64,000 nt of DNA, taken from positions 1 through 64,000 of the forward strand of contig JAGVFW010000008.1 of assembly GCA_020057405.1 (NCBI GenBank), in the 5' to 3' direction. This DNA comes from an archaeon. Lineage in GTDB: Archaea; Micrarchaeota; Micrarchaeia; Norongarragalinales; UBA97. Positions 26,169-36,153 of this stretch are shown in pieces (position 1 is the stretch's first letter; every line of letters begins with the position of its first letter). Below the pieces are notes generated by a model. It saw nothing but the letters and a program-made list of their open reading frames with translations, ran no database searches and was not told the origin of the DNA. Both the position numbers and the translations under genes were made by a program.

Positions 26169-28586
26169 ATGAAGGCGTTCCTGCTTGAAGTCGAGCCCTC
26201 CGCACGCAGGGGCCAAAGCGGGGTACGACTTTTCCTAAAGACGCCGGGCGGAAAGAGCGTGGCCGCTTTTGCGCCCTTCGAACCATATTTTTACCTAGTG
26301 CCAAACGGAGACATTTCGCAGGCCGCAGTGCAAATAATGGCCGTGAAGGCCCTGTCGCGAAACGAGATGATCGGCGTAAAGCGGACCGAGGAAATCGAGC
26401 GCAACGCATTTGGCAACGCGACAAAGATGCTAAAAGTGTTCACGCACGCCCCCGGCCACGTGCCTGCCTTGCGGGAAGAGTGCAAAGCCTTCGGGCAGTC
26501 ATACGAGCACACCATCCTCTTTACTAGGCGCTTTGTCATCGACTCTGGCCTGGTGCCGGGAGCGCTTGCCGAATTCGAGCTGGACGAGCACAAAACAGTT
26601 AAGTCGTGGAAGAACTTGCCCCCCGAGGAGGCGTTCGCGACGATGCCGCCACTGCGCACGCTGACTTTTGACATCGAGACGCACAACCCGGGCGGCATTT
26701 CGCGGCCAGAGAAGGACCCGATTTTGATGGTGAGCTACTCTGCCGACGACGGCGAGGGCGTCATTACTTATGCGAAAAGCGCGGTTGGAAAGAAGTTCGT
26801 CAAGCTTGTCAAGGGAGAAAAGGAAATGCTTGAGGCATTCGTCGCGCTTGTGAAAGAGAAGAAGGCCGACCTCATCTGCGGCTACAATTCCGACGAGTTC
26901 GACTTGCCTTACATGATGGAGCGCGCAAGCAAGCTGCGCACCGACTTCAACATCGGCCGCGGGAAGAAAGGCCGCGTCACGCTCAAGAAGCTCGGCCTGC
27001 GCAGGCGCGCCCGCGTTGCCGGCCGCATCCACTTCGACGCGTTCTCGCCAGCGTCATTCATGGACTTTACTGGCACAGTCAAGTTCCCACGCCTGACTTT
27101 GGGCGCAGTCTACGAGACGCTGTCGGGCGACAAGAAGATTGACACCGACAAGACCGCGATTTGGAAGGCATGGGACGCTGGTGGCGAAGCGCTTGCACAC
27201 CTCTTTGACTACTCGCTTGCCGACTCGCGGGCCTGCCGCAAAGTGATGGAGTTCGAGCTGCCGCTTGAGATTGCAATGGGCCGCGTCACGCGCATGACGC
27301 TCTTTGACGTCAGCAGAACCACGCCAGGGCAGATGGTGGAATCGCTTTTAATGCGCCGCGCGTTTGAGCGCGGGGAAATCGTGCCAAACAAGCCCGACTA
27401 CTCTACCGTCCAGGCGAGGCTTGACGACCAAATCCAGGGCGCCTATGTCAAGGTCCCGATGCCCGGAGTTTACGAGAACATTGCGGTCTTCGACTTCCGC
27501 TCGCTTTACCCGAGCATCATCACTTCGCACAACATCGACCCGTTTACGCTAAACTGCAGCTGCTGCGGGGATGACGCGTTTGTCGCCCCGACGGGCAGCA
27601 AGTTCTGCGTGAAGAAGAAGGGCATCGTGCCGGAAACTCTTGAGAAAGTGCTTGACGAGCGCACTAGCCTCAAAGCCAAGCTCAAGAAGCTCGAGAAGGG
27701 CAGCACTGAATACAAGCTTACCGACGCGCACCAGTGGGCGCTCAAAATCTTGGCAAACAGCACTTACGGCTATCTAGTCTACAGCCGGTCGCGCTATTAT
27801 TCACGCGAGTGCGGCGAGGCGATTACCGCCTTGGCGCGAAAGTACATCCAGGATACCATGGCTGACGCCGAGAAAGCTGGCTTTGAGGTGCTCTACGGTG
27901 ATACTGATTCGTGCTTTTTACTCCTCGGGAGCCAGAAACGCGAGGACGCTGAGGCGTTCCGGCACGAGGTCAACAAGAAGTTGCCTGGCCGGATGGAATT
28001 GGAACTGGAGGACATTTACCCGCGCGGGATTTTTGTGAGCAAGAAGCAGGGGGAGAAGGGGGCGAAGAAGAAGTACGCCCTCATTAACGCTGCCGGCGCC
28101 ATCAAGATCCGCGGCTTTGAGCTCGTGCGGCGCGACTGGAGCCTGGTTGCGCGCAACACGCAGAGAAAAGTGCTTGAAATACTGCTCAAGGAAGGCGATT
28201 TGCCAAAGGCAAAAGACCTCGTGCGGGGAGTTCTCGAAGACTTGCGGGGAGGGAAAATGCCGCTTAAGGACCTTGCCATCACAACGCAGTTGCGAAAGAG
28301 CGCGGGCAGTTATGATATCATGTCACCAGAGCTAAGCGCGGTGCAAAAAGCGAAGGCCGCGGGCGTGAGGGTTGAGGAGCACGCGCTAATCGAATACATC
28401 ATAACCAAGCAGGGCAAGACAATCAGCGAAAAAGCCCAGCTCCTAGAGCTTGCGAAAGACTATGACGCGGACTACTACGTCAACAACCAGTTAATGCCCG
28501 CGGTGCTAAAGATATTGGGCGCACTCGGGGTTGACGGGGAAGACATCAAGACGAAAAGCTCGCAAAAGTCGCTTGGCGACTGGTAA
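26169..28586 (+). CDS. polB: Family B DNA polymerase (archaeal PolB3-like)
   Basis: Exo motifs FDIET and GYNSDEFDLPY; Pol motifs DFRSLYPSII, KILANSTYGY, YGDTDS, KKKYA, RGFELVRRDWS; C-terminal PIP-like QKSLGDW; no intein. Confidence 0.98.
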   Translation: MKAFLLEVEPSARRGQSGVRLFLKTPGGKSVAAFAPFEPYFYLVPNGDISQAAVQIMAVKALSRNEMIGVKRTEEIERNAFGNATKMLKVFTHAPGHVPALREECKAFGQSYEHTILFTRRFVIDSGLVPGALAEFELDEHKTVKSWKNLPPEEAFATMPPLRTLTFDIETHNPGGISRPEKDPILMVSYSADDGEGVITYAKSAVGKKFVKLVKGEKEMLEAFVALVKEKKADLICGYNSDEFDLPYMMERASKLRTDFNIGRGKKGRVTLKKLGLRRRARVAGRIHFDAFSPASFMDFTGTVKFPRLTLGAVYETLSGDKKIDTDKTAIWKAWDAGGEALAHLFDYSLADSRACRKVMEFELPLEIAMGRVTRMTLFDVSRTTPGQMVESLLMRRAFERGEIVPNKPDYSTVQARLDDQIQGAYVKVPMPGVYENIAVFDFRSLYPSIITSHNIDPFTLNCSCCGDDAFVAPTGSKFCVKKKGIVPETLEKVLDERTSLKAKLKKLEKGSTEYKLTDAHQWALKILANSTYGYLVYSRSRYYSRECGEAITALARKYIQDTMADAEKAGFEVLYGDTDSCFLLLGSQKREDAEAFRHEVNKKLPGRMELELEDIYPRGIFVSKKQGEKGAKKKYALINAAGAIKIRGFELVRRDWSLVARNTQRKVLEILLKEGDLPKAKDLVRGVLEDLRGGKMPLKDLAITTQLRKSAGSYDIMSPELSAVQKAKAAGVRVEEHALIEYIITKQGKTISEKAQLLELAKDYDADYYVNNQLMPAVLKILGALGVDGEDIKTKSSQKSLGDW

Positions 28587-28602
28587 AACAGGGGGATGAA
28601 AA

Positions 28603-29541
28603 ATGGCACACGAACACTCACACGATGGACACGACCATGCTGAAGTTGACGAGGAGCACTGGGCTGAGTATCTCGCTGAATTTGAGAAGGCGGGAGAAAT
28701 TTGCAAAAAAGCAAAGGAAAAAATGCTTACCGTAGCCAAGCCCGGCGTCAAGCTCATTGACTTGGCCGAGGGAATCGAGGCGCACATCCTCGAACTCGGC
28801 GGAAAGCCTGCTTTCCCGGTGAACTTGAGCGCGAACAACCGCGCGGCGCACTATACGCCCGCTGCTGACGACGCTACGGTCATCAGCGAGAAGGACTTGC
28901 TCAAAATTGACTTCGGCGTGCATCTCGACGGCTGCATTGTCGACAATTCGGTGACTGTTGATTTTAGTGGCGAGAACGGCAAGCTCGTTGAGGCGGCAAA
29001 AGAGGCGCTTGCCAACGCGCTTGGCATGATGAAGGCGGGAGTAAACACCGCCGATGTCGGGAAAGTGATTGAGGAGACGGTCAAAAAGAGGGGCTTCAAG
29101 CCCATCGAAAACCTCTGCGGCCACAGCATCATGCCGTGGCAGTTGCACGCGGGCGTCGAAGTGCCCAATGTGGGGAACCACGGCGGCGTGCCCCTTGAGG
29201 AAGGCATGGTCTACGCGGTCGAGCCATTCGTCTCAACGGGCGAGGGCCGCGTGAAGGACGACCCTGACTTCTGCGAGATCTACTCGCTCTCCGAACCCAA
29301 GTCCGTGCGGCTCCCGGCTAGCAGAAAAGTTTTGGACTTAGTCATCGAAGAGTACCAGACGCTGCCCTTTGCCAGGAGATGGCTGCAGGAAGTGCCCATG
29401 CTTTCAATGGCCCTAAGCGACTTGCAAAGGCAAGGCGTGCTTCACGGCTATAACTTGTTGCGCGAAGCGCCGGGCACGCTGATCAGCCAGGCAGAGACCA
29501 GCGTAATCATCGAGGAAGACGGCGTCAAAGTGCTCGTCTAA
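28603..29541 (+). CDS. map: Type II methionine aminopeptidase
   Basis: AFPVNLS, AAHYTP, KIDFGVHLDGCIVD, NLCGH, AVEPF, SQAETS; His-rich N-terminal extension. Confidence 0.96.
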   Translation: MAHEHSHDGHDHAEVDEEHWAEYLAEFEKAGEICKKAKEKMLTVAKPGVKLIDLAEGIEAHILELGGKPAFPVNLSANNRAAHYTPAADDATVISEKDLLKIDFGVHLDGCIVDNSVTVDFSGENGKLVEAAKEALANALGMMKAGVNTADVGKVIEETVKKRGFKPIENLCGHSIMPWQLHAGVEVPNVGNHGGVPLEEGMVYAVEPFVSTGEGRVKDDPDFCEIYSLSEPKSVRLPASRKVLDLVIEEYQTLPFARRWLQEVPMLSMALSDLQRQGVLHGYNLLREAPGTLISQAETSVIIEEDGVKVLV

Positions 29542-29587
29542 TTTGCGGCGCCAAAGTGCTCGCGTGAGACACATAGCGGCCAAGCAA

Positions 29588-29791
29588 TTAGTCCAAGCTG
29601 TTTAGCTTGTGCACTAGCAAAAGCGTTGCCAGACCGATTGCTGCAGAAGCGGCGTAGCTGAGGGCCGGGTTTTCGGGCAGCAGGTAGAGGTCAAACAATC
29701 CCCAAATGCCGCGCCAGTAGACGACTATTGCAGTTCCGGCAACCAGGGTGACTAAGAGCGAGCGCGGCAGTCCGAAATTATTGCGCTTCAT
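29588..29791 (-). CDS. Small two-TM membrane protein
   Basis: YWRGIWGLFDLYLLP motif between two helices. Confidence 0.75.
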   Translation of the reverse strand: MKRNNFGLPRSLLVTLVAGTAIVVYWRGIWGLFDLYLLPENPALSYAASAAIGLATLLLVHKLNSLD

Positions 29792-29792
29792 T

Positions 29793-30926
29793 TTACAACA
29801 CGAATTTTACCAGCGCCCACGCCAAGATTGTCGCGAGCACGTGGACGAAGAGGTTGACTATGCTTAGTACGCCGGCAACGGTTAGGGCGGCCATCAGGCC
29901 AAGGTAGTTGTAGAGCAGGCGCGTCTGCGGCACTGCTTGAAGTTGCTTGGTGAGGATTTTGGGAGTCAAGAATTGGGTGACGTTTGCCGAAGAGATTTGC
30001 TTGCTTGCGTCAATGCCCCGGATGACTTTCGCGAAGTCTTTTTGGAGTTTTGAGGCGACTTCAATGGACTTGTCAATCGAGTAGGTATAGGCGCTGTCGA
30101 CAATCGCCTGCCTTGACACTGCCGGAAGCGCGGTGTAGACCGCACCGCCGTTTGCATCCATGCTCGCGGCAAAATCGTCTTTAGTAAAGATCGTCTGCAC
30201 CTGGTCTTTCTTGATTTGGGCCGAGTCGATTAGGTCTGCGCAGAAGATGACCGCCTGCTGGGCGCCTGCCGGTGCGGCTGACGCGAGGAGTTCCGGCGCC
30301 TGGTTCACCACGCCTAAAATGAGGGTGTTGAAGTAACGCTCCTTGTTTGCCTCAACATGCATGTAGGTGAAGAGGAAGGAGAGGACGACCAGCACGGTGA
30401 GGGCCTTTGAAGTGATGTTCCACGCTGCCGAGGGGGTAAGCTCCTTTGCGAAGCTTGCGAAAAACGCGGCGGCGCCCAAAGTGAGGGCAAAGCCGATGAA
30501 GGCGGCGCCATAGGGCCCGAAGAAAAGCGATTCAATAGCTGCGACAATCACTAGCACGACGGCCGGAATCGCTGCCTGCAATTTTGGCAGGCCCAGGCCG
30601 TAGGCGGTGAGAAGAGCCATCGACAGGCTGAAGAGGACGAGGAAGAGCAGAAAGTACAGGCTGTAGAGCTTGCCTGCGTTAAACTCAATGCGCGAGTAGT
30701 CAAAGATGTCGCTTGTCGCGAAGTTCGAGCGGGCGAAGAGGAAGAGGGAAAACGTAAAGAGCAGGATTGCAAACGCGAGGATCGCCAGCTTGAAGTGGAA
30801 CTGGGGGCCAAAGTCGGCCATAGACGGCAACGAGATTACGATTTGCTTGGGCTGCGGAGCTGCCTGAGGCTGAGGCAGCATGGGCGCTACTTTTCCCTTG
30901 TCCGGGCTCTTCTTATCGGATGGCAT
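29793..30926 (-). CDS. Multi-pass membrane protein
   Basis: About 6 TM segments with a large soluble loop. Confidence 0.8.
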   Translation of the reverse strand: MPSDKKSPDKGKVAPMLPQPQAAPQPKQIVISLPSMADFGPQFHFKLAILAFAILLFTFSLFLFARSNFATSDIFDYSRIEFNAGKLYSLYFLLFLVLFSLSMALLTAYGLGLPKLQAAIPAVVLVIVAAIESLFFGPYGAAFIGFALTLGAAAFFASFAKELTPSAAWNITSKALTVLVVLSFLFTYMHVEANKERYFNTLILGVVNQAPELLASAAPAGAQQAVIFCADLIDSAQIKKDQVQTIFTKDDFAASMDANGGAVYTALPAVSRQAIVDSAYTYSIDKSIEVASKLQKDFAKVIRGIDASKQISSANVTQFLTPKILTKQLQAVPQTRLLYNYLGLMAALTVAGVLSIVNLFVHVLATILAWALVKFVL

Positions 30927-30973
30927 TGCAGGAATTACTCACGAATCGTTTTTAAAACCCTTCGCGTGGGCAT

Positions 30974-31549
30974 TCAACCAACTATCCGGCGAAGATTCTC
31001 GTAAAATTCCGGGTTTTTCATGCTTCCCGGGGGCGCTACTATGAGCCGGTCGCCGAAATTGCGCAACAGGGGTCTTGCTGCCGCCTTCACTTCATCGGGG
31101 TTAGCGTTCGACATGAGAACAACCTTCAGGTCATGGTCTGTCGAGAGAAACGATTCAGCAAGCGTTATTCCATTCTGGCCTATGTCCCTCAAGTACTTCT
31201 TAAGGTCAGCTTCCCAAGGATCAAGCGACTTTGCGTGAGTCCTAAGGCGACGCATTAGCTGGGAACCGCCCTCGCGCAGCCGGTCAATCATGTAATTTCG
31301 CTTTACTACAGAAAGGCCGCCCGGGTTTGTGCGCAAAAGGTTTATAGTCTGGTCTTTTTCCGGCTGAAACTGCCAGTCGACAACGACTACGTGGGGATTA
31401 AACTCGATTCGCTTGGCGTGGGCGTCCTTGAAATTGTCAACTGCCTCGCACTTGAAATTTCCGTGACGCACGGCAGCTTGGGTTATGGCCAAACGCGCGC
31501 CATCATAGTCGTGCACAACAAGCAAGCGTCGTTCCGGCATTTGGCTCAT
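30974..31549 (-). CDS. Atypical receiver (REC)-like protein with internal insertion
   Basis: RLLVVHD...PHVVVVDWQF...[~65-aa insert]...NGITLAE...KVVLMS. Confidence 0.6.
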   Translation of the reverse strand: MSQMPERRLLVVHDYDGARLAITQAAVRHGNFKCEAVDNFKDAHAKRIEFNPHVVVVDWQFQPEKDQTINLLRTNPGGLSVVKRNYMIDRLREGGSQLMRRLRTHAKSLDPWEADLKKYLRDIGQNGITLAESFLSTDHDLKVVLMSNANPDEVKAAARPLLRNFGDRLIVAPPGSMKNPEFYENLRRIVG

Positions 31550-31851
31550 ACCTCGACAAACACTTTGCCGCCCTCAACCTTGACTGGATAGGCGGCCTGC
31601 TTTGCGCCCGGGTTGCTTACCGACTCGCCCGTGCGCACGTCAAAAGTCCAGCCGTGCATGGCGCACATGACAACGGTTCCGTCTAGAAAGCCGTCGCAGA
31701 GGGGACTGCCCTTGTGGCTGCAGGAATTGTCAATGGCGTAGAATCCGGCGGGCGTGTTGAAGACAGCGATTTTCTTGCCCTTGACGGTGACGCACTTGGC
31801 ACCGCCTGCCGGTACGTCGGACGCGCTGCACACTTCGACAAAATCGGCCAT
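31546..31851 (-). CDS. Rieske [2Fe-2S] ferredoxin
   Basis: CSHKG...CAMHGWTFD. Confidence 0.95.
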   Translation of the reverse strand: MADFVEVCSASDVPAGGAKCVTVKGKKIAVFNTPAGFYAIDNSCSHKGSPLCDGFLDGTVVMCAMHGWTFDVRTGESVSNPGAKQAAYPVKVEGGKVFVEV

Positions 31852-31890
31852 TTCAAACGGAGTTTGCGGCCGGGCGCTATTTAACGCTTC

Positions 31891-32520
31891 TTAAAACAAG
31901 TCAGAGAGCCAGTCCATTTCGGACTCAAGGGTAGTCTCGATGCCGTGGCCGCCGGCCACGCGCGTTGCCGCAGGAAGGCCAGCAATTTTCTTGAGGCTCT
32001 CTTTTAGCAGCATCGCGTTGCCGCCGGGAAAATCCGAGCGGCCGTGGGCGCCCTCAAGGAGGGTGTCTCCGGTAAAGACGATTGCCTCGGCTGCAGAGTA
32101 GAGGCACACGCTTCCCGGAGTGTGGCCCGGAGTGTGCATCACAGACAGCCGCAGGCCGCCAAGCTCGACTACTTGGCCGTCGGAAAGAAAGCCGTCGGCG
32201 GTGCTTGGCTCAAATGGGAACTCTTGGTCAGTTGGCGGGAAGGGCACGGTTAGCATTTGCGCGTCTGCCTCGCTTATGAGGATGCGCGCCCCCGTTGCGG
32301 CCTTTAGCGCGGCGTTGCCGCCAACGTGGTCAAAGTGGCCGTGGGTGTTGAGGATGAGCTCGATTTTGAGGCCCAAATCGGCGGCCGCGGGCAGGATTTT
32401 CTCCGCCGACCCGAAGGTGGGGTCGATTACGAGTGCCCGCTTGCTCTCCGCGTCTGACACTAAGTAGACGTTGTTGAAAAGGAGTCCCACAATGAACTTT
32501 TGGACCAGCAAATCGCTCAC
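31891..32520 (-). CDS. Metallo-beta-lactamase fold hydrolase (glyoxalase II-like)
   Basis: THGHFDHVGG, HTPGHTPG, FTGDTL, GHG. Confidence 0.95.
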   Translation of the reverse strand: MSDLLVQKFIVGLLFNNVYLVSDAESKRALVIDPTFGSAEKILPAAADLGLKIELILNTHGHFDHVGGNAALKAATGARILISEADAQMLTVPFPPTDQEFPFEPSTADGFLSDGQVVELGGLRLSVMHTPGHTPGSVCLYSAAEAIVFTGDTLLEGAHGRSDFPGGNAMLLKESLKKIAGLPAATRVAGGHGIETTLESEMDWLSDLF

Positions 32521-33752
32521 GCCATGAGCACGCGCAAGTAGAAGAGCGGCGAGACGTACTTGTTGCGCGAGTGGGAGTCGGTGAGGGTGCCTGCAATCAT
32601 GTCGCGGAGTTCAGCCGAGCGCGATGCCTTGCCCATGAAGAGGTTTAGCAGCCAGTTCTTCGTGCCCACGCGCTGCATGTTGTAGCTGTTTTTCAGCTCG
32701 GGGTCGAGTTCCGCGCGCATCGTGTCCTCGTAGCGCTTGAGGAACTTTTCGCTAAAGTCGTTTGCGGTGAAGGCCTCGTTGATTGCATCCGACGCCATCT
32801 TGCCAGTTAGAAGCGCGTTGCCGATTCCTTCGCCCGTGAACGGGTCGACAAGAGCCGCTGCATCGCCGATGAGCAGCCAGCCTGCGCCGTGGGCCTTCCA
32901 GTGCCAGCTGCCGAACGGCAGGTTCCAGCCCTTGATGTCGCCGACGAGCTCGGCCTGCGCAAAGCGGTCCTTGAAAAGTAGGTTGTCCTTCATCGCCTTG
33001 TTCATCGCGTCTTTCAGGTTGACGTGCTTCTTCTGCAGGTCGCGCAGCACCATGCCGACACCTACATTCGCGTAGCCGTTCTCAAGGGGGAAAATCCAGA
33101 AGTAGCCGGGCATCGTCTCGTCAATGAAGTGAAGCTCGATGTTGGGGGTCAGGCCGCGCACGTTTTTGTAGTAGCCACGGATTGCAGCGCACCAGTGGTC
33201 GGGCTTGGCCTCGTAGACGCCCAGCTTTCGCGCGACAATGCTGTTAGCGCCGTCGGCGCCGACAACTACTTTTGCGCGGAACTCGGCTTCTGCCTTGTCC
33301 TCGCCAATGCCCTTGATGCCGACGACAACGCCGTCTTCAGTGAGAAGGTCGGTAACTTGGAAGCCTTCCATGGTCGTGGCGTACTTCTTGGCGTTCTGGT
33401 AGAGCACGTTGTCGAAGACTTCGCGCCTGCAGCAATAGCCGTAGTCAATCTTCTGCGCGTTACCCTTCGGGATTGGAATCTCGACGACCGTGCCGTTGGG
33501 GCTAGAGAACATCACGCCGTGGATCTTGCCGTGCGGGGCGCGCTCGATTGCGTCAGTGATGCCCAGCTCTTTTAGGATGCGCATGCTTTTCCCGCTGATG
33601 CCGTCACCGCAGGTCTTGTCGCGGGGAAAATGCGCTTTGTCTAGAAGTAGGACCTTCTTTCCTGACTTTCCAAGGAAGGCCGAGCAGCTTGCGCCGGCCG
33701 GGCCCCCTCCAACAACTATGACGTCGTAATCCTGCAAAGCAATGCACCCCAA
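32517..33752 (-). CDS. Geranylgeranyl reductase family flavoprotein
   Basis: DVIVVGGGPAG, FPRDKTCGDG, VGADGANS, GYFWIFP, GDAAALVDPFTGEGI. Confidence 0.93.
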   Translation of the reverse strand: MGCIALQDYDVIVVGGGPAGASCSAFLGKSGKKVLLLDKAHFPRDKTCGDGISGKSMRILKELGITDAIERAPHGKIHGVMFSSPNGTVVEIPIPKGNAQKIDYGYCCRREVFDNVLYQNAKKYATTMEGFQVTDLLTEDGVVVGIKGIGEDKAEAEFRAKVVVGADGANSIVARKLGVYEAKPDHWCAAIRGYYKNVRGLTPNIELHFIDETMPGYFWIFPLENGYANVGVGMVLRDLQKKHVNLKDAMNKAMKDNLLFKDRFAQAELVGDIKGWNLPFGSWHWKAHGAGWLLIGDAAALVDPFTGEGIGNALLTGKMASDAINEAFTANDFSEKFLKRYEDTMRAELDPELKNSYNMQRVGTKNWLLNLFMGKASRSAELRDMIAGTLTDSHSRNKYVSPLFYLRVLMA

Positions 33753-33823
33753 AATAGTGTAATGACGATAATGCTATGGACGTGAAAAGTATTTAAATGG
33801 CTAACGGCCGGCTTGGGGAGTAG

Positions 33824-34519
33824 TCACTGATACCCTTCAAAGTGCTCGATTCGGACCTGCCCCTCAGGCACGCCCATTGACTTTAGCAGTTGCGTAAGGC
33901 CCTCGACCATTGCCGGCGGGCCGCAGATGAAGAACATCGCGCGCGCAAGGTCGGGAACGGCTTCCCGCACCATTGTCTCGTCGATGCGGCCGATTTTCCC
34001 GCCCCAATCAACTCCGACTGGCACTTCGGCGACCACCGAAACTACGGCCACGCCCTTGCCAGCAAGTTCCTCAAGCTCATGGCGAAAGGGTATCTCGGAA
34101 AGCGTCCGGTTGCCAAAGAGCAGGGTGAGCTTGTCCGACTCGCCGCGGTTGACTGCCGCCTCAAGCATGCTCTTGATTGGAGTGATGCCGATGCCGCCTG
34201 AAAGAAAAACTGCGTGACCAGCACCGCCGTCATAAGAGAAGCCGCCTAGGGGGCCCGCGATGTCAACTTCGTCGCCTTCGGCAAGGGACCAGAATGCCGC
34301 CTTGAAGGCCGAGTCGCTCTTGCGGCAGGCAAACTCGAGGTAGGGCTGGCCGGGCGCGTTTGAGATTGAAAGAGAGTGCGCCATGCCGGGCTTTACTGCA
34401 AAGAGGCAGTACTGGCCAGGCTTGAAGGGAAAGACGGCGCCGGCGAGGTCAAGATGCACGCTCCTTACGGTCGGCGTCTCGTCACGCACTTGTAAAACCT
34501 TGAGCTTGAAGCGGGGCAT
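33824..34519 (-). CDS. Ferredoxin-NAD(P) reductase-like FAD/NAD-binding oxidoreductase
   Basis: FKPGQY, SLSIS, GPLGGF, GGIGITP, ICGPPAMV, EHF; likely start MPRFKLK at 34519. Confidence 0.92.
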   Translation of the reverse strand: MPRFKLKVLQVRDETPTVRSVHLDLAGAVFPFKPGQYCLFAVKPGMAHSLSISNAPGQPYLEFACRKSDSAFKAAFWSLAEGDEVDIAGPLGGFSYDGGAGHAVFLSGGIGITPIKSMLEAAVNRGESDKLTLLFGNRTLSEIPFRHELEELAGKGVAVVSVVAEVPVGVDWGGKIGRIDETMVREAVPDLARAMFFICGPPAMVEGLTQLLKSMGVPEGQVRIEHFEGYQ

Positions 34520-34583
34520 ATTAGGGCAGTAGGCAGCGCAGGTTTTAATTGGTTCGCCGCATTCAACATTGCGGTGGGATTTC

Positions 34584-35501
34584 ATGCGGATTGGATTTGT
34601 CGGACTGCGGCGCATGGGCGCAAACATCGTGCTAAATGCCCTAGACCGTGGCGTGGCGGTTGTGGCCTACAACCGCACGGGCGAAGTAACGAGAGAGTTC
34701 GCTAGGGAAGCGAAAAGCAGGAACTTAACCCCCGCTTACTCGCTCTCGCAAATGTGCGCCGCGCTGCCTTCACCGCGCGTCATCTGGCTCATGGTGACCG
34801 CCGGTCCAGCCGTTGACGAAATCATCAAGGAGCTTCTGCCAAACCTTAAGGCCGGCGACACGATAATCGACGGCGGCAACTCATTCTTCAAGGACTCCGT
34901 CCACCGAAACAAATTCCTCAAGGCGAGAGGCATCCATTACCTTGACTGCGGCACTAGCGGCGGGCTCGAGGGCGCGCGAAACGGTGCGTGCCTCATGGTA
35001 GGCGGTGACAAGCGGGTTTTCGACAAGCTCGAACCGCTCTTTTCAAAAATCGCGACCAGCCACGGCTACATGTACTGCGGCCCCTCAGGCGCAGGCCACT
35101 ACACGAAGATGGTGCACAACGGCATCGAATACGGCCTCTTGCAGGCGTTCGGTGAAGGGTACGAACTACTTGAAAAGTCGCCTTACAGCATTGACTTGGA
35201 AAAGACTTCACGCGTATGGAGCCACGGGAGCGTCGTTCGCGGGTGGATGACCGAACTGGCCGAGCGGGCTTTTGGAAAAGACGCGCACTTGAAGAAAATC
35301 AGGGGCGTGATTGGCGGCGGGGAGACCGGCGGCTGGACTCTAAAGACGGCAAAAGAGAGGAAAGCCGAGATGCCCGTGCTTGAGGCGTCGCTTGCGATGC
35401 GCAAGCGGTCGGCGAAGAAGGAAGTTTTTGCTGGAAAAGTCATCGCTGCCTTGCGAAACGAGTTCGGCGGGCACGCGGTTGTCAAGGCGAAGAAAAAATG
35501 A
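34584..35501 (+). CDS. gnd: 6-phosphogluconate dehydrogenase (short NAD-dependent type)
   Basis: IIDGGNS, DCGTSGG, GAGHYTKMVHNGIEYG, LRNEFGGH; the Rossmann motif reads GLRRMG. Confidence 0.95.
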   Translation: MRIGFVGLRRMGANIVLNALDRGVAVVAYNRTGEVTREFAREAKSRNLTPAYSLSQMCAALPSPRVIWLMVTAGPAVDEIIKELLPNLKAGDTIIDGGNSFFKDSVHRNKFLKARGIHYLDCGTSGGLEGARNGACLMVGGDKRVFDKLEPLFSKIATSHGYMYCGPSGAGHYTKMVHNGIEYGLLQAFGEGYELLEKSPYSIDLEKTSRVWSHGSVVRGWMTELAERAFGKDAHLKKIRGVIGGGETGGWTLKTAKERKAEMPVLEASLAMRKRSAKKEVFAGKVIAALRNEFGGHAVVKAKKK

Positions 35502-35514
35502 GTCGTGCAAAAAA

Positions 35515-36153
35515 ATGAAAGTCAAGAAAATCATCGACATTTCCCTGCCCATCAGCGGCTCGATGCTCGTCTATCCGGGTAACGCGGCGCCCAAGCTCGA
35601 GTTCACGCGCAAAATCCCGGGAAAAAGCATCCTCTCGGCAATCACTCTGGGCAGCCACACTGGCACGCACGTTGACGCGCGAATGCACGTGAGGCACGGC
35701 GCGGTAAAGGAAACTATCGAGAAAATCCCGCTCGAGGCGTTTGTTGGCGAGTGCCGAGTGCTTGACTTGACTAAAGTAAAGGGAAACGCGATTGGCGAAC
35801 GGCACCTGCGCAAGTTCAAGCTGAAGAAAAACAAAATCATTTTGCTCAAGACCAAGAACTCCTTGCGCGGGTTCAAGAAATTTACGTTTGACTACGTTTA
35901 TGTCGACGAGAGTGCGGCCGCTTACTGCGCAAAAGCAGGCATCCGCACGATTGGCGTTGACTACTTAAGCGTGCAGAAGCCGAATTCCGGCAATTACCGA
36001 GTGCACGAGCTATTGCTTGACAACAAAATCACTATTTTTGAGGGCCTGAATCTTGCGAAGGCCAAGGGCGGGAAATACTTTTTCGCGGGCCTGCCGCTCA
36101 ACGTCGTTGGCGCCGAGGGCGCCCCGGCAAGATGCGTCTTGCTGGAAGTCTAG
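35515..36153 (+). CDS. Cyclase/kynurenine formamidase (KynB-like) family
   Basis: IDIS, YPG, HTGTHVDA, IGVDYLSV, VHELLL, EGL, PL...AEGAPAR. Confidence 0.92.
   Translation: MKVKKIIDISLPISGSMLVYPGNAAPKLEFTRKIPGKSILSAITLGSHTGTHVDARMHVRHGAVKETIEKIPLEAFVGECRVLDLTKVKGNAIGERHLRKFKLKKNKIILLKTKNSLRGFKKFTFDYVYVDESAAAYCAKAGIRTIGVDYLSVQKPNSGNYRVHELLLDNKITIFEGLNLAKAKGGKYFFAGLPLNVVGAEGAPARCVLLEV

Noticed and set aside
26169-28586. Intein in PolB as the source of the LAGLIDADG gene
   Set aside because: PolB motifs are contiguous at normal length, and the endonuclease lacks splicing residues.
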